DNA of 64,000 nucleotides, taken from contig NC_079165.1 of the NCBI RefSeq assembly GCF_947568905.1, positions 95,108,001-95,172,000 on the forward strand. The letters run 5' to 3'. Within the stretch, counting starts at the first letter, position 1, and every line of letters starts with the position of its first letter. The position numbers were made by a program, and so were the translations under genes. This DNA is from Ostrea edulis (lineage: Eukaryota). Below are positions 62,014 to 64,000 of the stretch, piece by piece. The notes below the pieces were generated by a model. The model had not been told where the DNA came from and searched no databases. It saw only the letters and a list, made by a program, of their open reading frames with translations.

Positions 62014-62731
62014 TTATTCCCATGGTCCCCAGTATCCGCCGTGGTATTTTGGGTCAGCTTTTGGGTCCACCGCAGGATATCTGCACGGCACAGCCGTCTT
62101 GTTGTACTGAGCCAGTAACTCCAACATATCAATCACTATGTGTTGCATAGTTCCGGATACATCGTTATGTTCATTCGGATCATCCGTAATGTTGAACAAC
62201 CAAATATTCTTTTCTGCCGAATAGCTCAATTTAGGCGATGACAGAGATTTCATATGAGGTGGAGGTACCCAACTACCATTTCCTGAAATTGACATATCAA
62301 CCTTAATTTGCTTTCCCTTCCATTCATCACAAAGCTTCATATAAAATGTCCCATTGAACATGAATCACTGTTGGAATACGAATTCACATATTTCTCTGGA
62401 AATTATCTGATAATCCAGGTAGAAGGAATGACAGAAAAGCTAAGTCCATACAATTCTATATGGGGCGTTTATAATAAATGATACACTTGCATTTGTAGTC
62501 CAGGATTCCAATATGTTATCCGGAAACTTGATATTAGATTAGGTTACCCGTTTACATTGCTGATTCCTATCCTTACCTGGAGAACCAGTTACCAACTTCC
62601 AGTCGCCCATCCTGACAGCCGCCCGAATTCTGTTATCAAAAGGACTGTTGGGTACCTTCTGACCCACTGGTGGGTACATGGGGTCTATGTTGTGCAAAAT
62701 GGATTTCCTCTGACTGGGTAATGAACCCTCA
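62014..62731 (-). CDS. ARSB: Arylsulfatase B/I/J-like sulfatase, last two exons (5' part beyond window)
   Basis: Exons 62731-62577 and 62282-62014 read RKSILHNIDP...[24 protein letters not shown]...IWLFNITDDPNEHNDVS...LAQYNKTAVPCRYP..DPKADPKYHGGYWGPWE*, the classic ARSB-family C-terminus. The paralogue is uncertain. Confidence 0.9.
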
Positions 62732-63043
62732 CTATAATATTAGCACATTAATGTTAATGCATGTATAAAGCATATGCTGTATTTGTATATTGTATGTACA
62801 TACATGTATATCAGCATAGGTTTATGTATAACATTTTCACCTTACTTAATCGCGTTTAAAGGATTTCAAGTCGATGTGATCGAGCGAATTCGAAGATTTA
62901 CTTATTTTGCATTCCCATAAATAATTACACGTGTATCAAATACTGTTTTTAAACCATCCATCCCTTTCACTTATTGCGGAATTCATATTCTCTGGACTTA
63001 TCAATTTGTGTCTCCCACTTCAAGTTTTGTATTTAATTTGTGT

Positions 63044-63290
63044 TGTTATTCCCCTGCCGGTGAAACCGAAGTGGACTATCGGTTTTCTCTCCGTCCGTCT
63101 GTCCCTCTGTCTGTCAGTCAGTCTGTCCCAATTGAGTGTCCGTACTTTTCTATCATGCTTTGACTACTTTCTGTCTGCAGATCAGGTTTCAGTTTCATCA
63201 CCGTTGAGTGATTTTTACGAGGTTTATTGGACTTTGTACCGAATATAATCCCACTTGATTTCCGCACCTTTGTCATCATACTTTGTTTAA
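63044..63290 (+). mobile_element. 5' part of a HINE-like element
   Basis: TTATTCCCCTGCCGGTGAAACCGAAG start followed by a GTCC/GTCT microsatellite, the same layout as the other HINEs. Confidence 0.5.
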
Positions 63291-63324
63291 GGAAGCTGAA
63301 TATGAAGCTAGCTGGGGGGGGGGG

Positions 63325-63364
<40 letters not shown>

Positions 63365-64000
63365 TTGAAACAAGAGTAGTAGAGAGAAGGACAATAAAGT
63401 GAATAATGTGGGAAAAGGGACAGGAAATCTGGCGGAGAAAGCAGTAAGCGCAGCGAAGAATGGAAGGATGAAGGAGCTGTATGACATAACCATGGTACAG
63501 GTAGGGGGAGGAGAAGACAGTCAGGAGGAGTGAATGATAGACATTGGAAAACTGAGGACAAAGAAGACAGAGAGGATGGTGGGATGGGTAGAACATTTCA
63601 AGGGAGTGCTCATTAGGGAAGAGTCAGAGCACCCAGCAGCAGATGAAGAGATTGATATGATAAAAGAAGTGGGAGAAATAGACTGCAATCAGTTTATTAA
63701 AGAAAAGGTGATGGCAGCGCTGAAAAAGGTGAAGAAGGATAAGTCATATGGAATAGAAAATGTGAGTGGAGACCTGCTAAAGGTAGATATGAAAAAGACA
63801 AGTGTGAGGCTCACAGACCTGTTCAACATTATGTGGCAAGATGAAACTGTCTCAGTAAAGTGGAAGAAGGGGCTAATTGTGAAAATCTTAAAGAAAGGAG
63901 ACATGAGAGACTTAACAAATGGAGAGGAGTGACATTGCTATCAGCAATGAGTAAGATGTTTTGGAGAATAATGATAGACAGAATGAATAAGATTGTAGAA
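63365..64000 (+). mobile_element. Degenerate RTE-type LINE ORF2 fragment (pre-RT and RT N-terminus), antisense in the sulfatase intron, runs off the window
   Basis: WVEHFKGVL...VMAALKKVKKDKSYGIENVSGDLLK...LTDLFNIMWQDETVSVKWKKGLIVKILKKGDMRDLTN, then after a frameshift WRGVTLLSAMSKMFWRIMIDRM. Preceded by poly-G/(GA)n. Confidence 0.9.

Overview
AT-rich, intron-containing animal DNA, most likely a cupped oyster (Crassostrea/Magallana). That assignment is inferred from Cg170-like satellite units inside Helentron-type (HINE) elements, bivalve-type tRNA SINEs and the gene families present. There are no operons, CRISPR arrays or rRNA/tRNA genes. Manual splice-site and phase walking supports seven protein-coding genes: (1) 3' part of a SLAIN-like microtubule plus-end protein (+, 2361-11510); (2) a secreted fibrinogen-related-domain lectin (+, 16665-24953); (3) an orphan 396-aa protein with a PD-(D/E)XK nuclease-like motif set (-, 33000-27715); (4) a coiled-coil + Mieap-domain protein (+, 37396-40858); (5) a 914-aa single-pass membrane protein with a Thr-rich stalk and long basic tail (+, 44039-50815); (6) a RING-H2 E3 ligase with MIU-like and RG-rich segments (-, 59162-53255); (7) 3' end of an arylsulfatase B-like gene (-, 62731-62014). 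Introns and spacers are full of MITEs, HINEs, SINEs and RTE LINE fragments. The most unusual signals are the candidate eukaryotic restriction-fold nuclease gene; a minisatellite made of ~39 copies of the E3 gene's own 5' splice site; a duplicated 3' splice site in SLAIN; a 2-kb 30-bp satellite born inside the RT coding sequence of a dead RTE LINE; a family of 74-262 bp micro-MITEs with shared termini and unrelated cores; and a minisatellite carrying 8 perfect CRE palindromes. Exon coordinates were counted by hand and may be off by a few bases. No database searches were run.
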